Shown: piece after piece, positions 63,623-64,000 of the stretch
Numbering within the stretch: the stretch's first letter is position 1
How the letters are laid out: every line of letters starts with the position of its first letter
Source: an uncultured Bacilli bacterium
Lineage (GTDB): Bacteria > Bacillota_I > Bacilli_A > RF39 > UBA660
Reading direction: 5' to 3'
NCBI GenBank assembly: GCA_947631155.1
Contig: CANRKG010000005.1
Location: forward strand, 629-64,628
Length of the DNA stretch: 64,000 nucleotides
Position numbers and translations under genes: made by a program
The notes under the pieces: generated by a model
What the model saw: the letters and a program-made list of their open reading frames with translations, nothing else
Databases searched by the model: none
Told to the model about the DNA's origin: nothing

Positions 63623-64000
63623 TATAATTTTAAATTTACAAGATGGTGATAGAATATATGAATTTTTTGAATGGACTAATAAAGACAATATTGAGCATAT
63701 AAAAAAAATCCCCATGGTTAGAATTACCAGCAATTTCCTAGAAGATATAATAAAAAATAGTATTGTAATAGATACCAATTATTTAAAAGAAATTTATAAA
63801 AAAACAGAAATATATCATGATGATGGAATTAATATAATAGATTATGCTTGTTTATTTACAGATAATTTTAAAGTCGTTGCTGTGGAATTTAATGAAGAAG
63901 GAAAGGCCCTATTTAAAAGTTATTTATTACTTGATGAAGAAGAAGAAATATTAGAATTAAGTAATGAAATAAAATTACGAAATATTGATTATAAGGTAGT
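63606..64000 (+). CDS. Hypothetical protein, 3'-truncated by the window edge (not in the ORF track)
   Basis: GGAAGGAG lies 8 nt before ATG 63606. The frame stays open to the window end (MLNVYDIILNLQDGDRIYEFFEWTNKDNIEHIKK...). Confidence 0.5.
   Translation, partial: MLNVYDIILNLQDGDRIYEFFEWTNKDNIEHIKKIPMVRITSNFLEDIIKNSIVIDTNYLKEIYKKTEIYHDDGINIIDYACLFTDNFKVVAVEFNEEGKALFKSYLLLDEEEEILELSNEIKLRNIDYKV

Noticed and set aside
702-63778. Short ORFs in the track that lie antisense to, or inside, long well-supported genes: 702-902(-), 1806-1997(-), 2261-2512(-), 11378-11560(-), 12784-12990(-), 13079-13276(-), 14462-14788(-), 14935-15147(-), 17641-17859(-), 18268-18522(-), 21995-22186(+), 25437-25760(-), 30463-30708(-), 32820-33086(+), 32989-33225(+), 35517-35798(-), 41347-41550(-), 41962-42168(-), 42432-42692(-), 44288-44488(-), 45523-45750(-), 48778-48999(-), 51361-51561(-), 54807-54992(-), 63190-63378(-), 63575-63778(-).
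   Set aside because: All are embedded in or overlap much longer ORFs with clear motifs on the other strand or frame. Their translations are low-complexity (L/F/I/S-rich) mirror images of A/T-rich coding sequence, and they lack RBS sequences.
1-64000. CRISPR arrays, rRNA or tRNA genes, riboswitch or T-box leaders, and an alternative genetic code (TGA=Trp, as in Mollicutes).
   Set aside because: I saw no regularly spaced direct repeats, no cloverleaf or rRNA-like G+C-rich islands, and no long structured leaders. Several well-supported genes end at TGA (for example the ireB/ruvX ATGA overlap at 11109-11112), and peptidoglycan genes are present, so the standard code 11 applies.

Overview
AT-rich window (about 27-30% G+C by eye), standard genetic code, from a low-GC Bacillota chromosome. 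The organism is probably an anaerobic endospore former: rubrerythrin and a SpoVID/YsxE-like pair are present, and gene order resembles Bacillus subtilis (ireB-ruvX-DUF1292-mltG-yrrM-yrrN-yrrO ... greA, and tig-lon-spoVID-ysxE). I saw no rRNA, tRNA or CRISPR. Positions 1-35.6 kb and 61.3-64 kb are mostly housekeeping genes (typA, rpmB, dnaE, lspA, rluD, mltG, U32 peptidases, greA, tig, lon, trmL, rmuC), with a few small accessory insertions. The main finding is a 25.6-kb run of 22 co-directional ORFs at 35680-61219. It joins three parts. (i) A surface and adhesin-like set: a DUF4352-like membrane protein, two paralogous pilin-like-anchored multidomain proteins, a sortase-B-like enzyme, and a 1,100-aa cysteine-rich secreted protein. 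(ii) A Tad-type type IV filament module: CpaB-, TadA/CpaF-, TadB-, TadC-, Flp-, TadE- and TadZ-like genes. (iii) A Gram-positive-style type IV secretion module: two VirB2-like proteins, VirB6-like, VirB3/PrgI-like, a split VirB4, a SpoIID plus Cys-peptidase wall hydrolase, and a VirD4 coupling protein. No relaxase, integrase, replication gene or prepilin peptidase is visible in the window. A third VirB2-like paralogue, fused to an NlpC/P60 hydrolase, sits 21 kb away inside a conserved housekeeping operon. All functional calls come from motifs and architecture read by eye; no database search was run.
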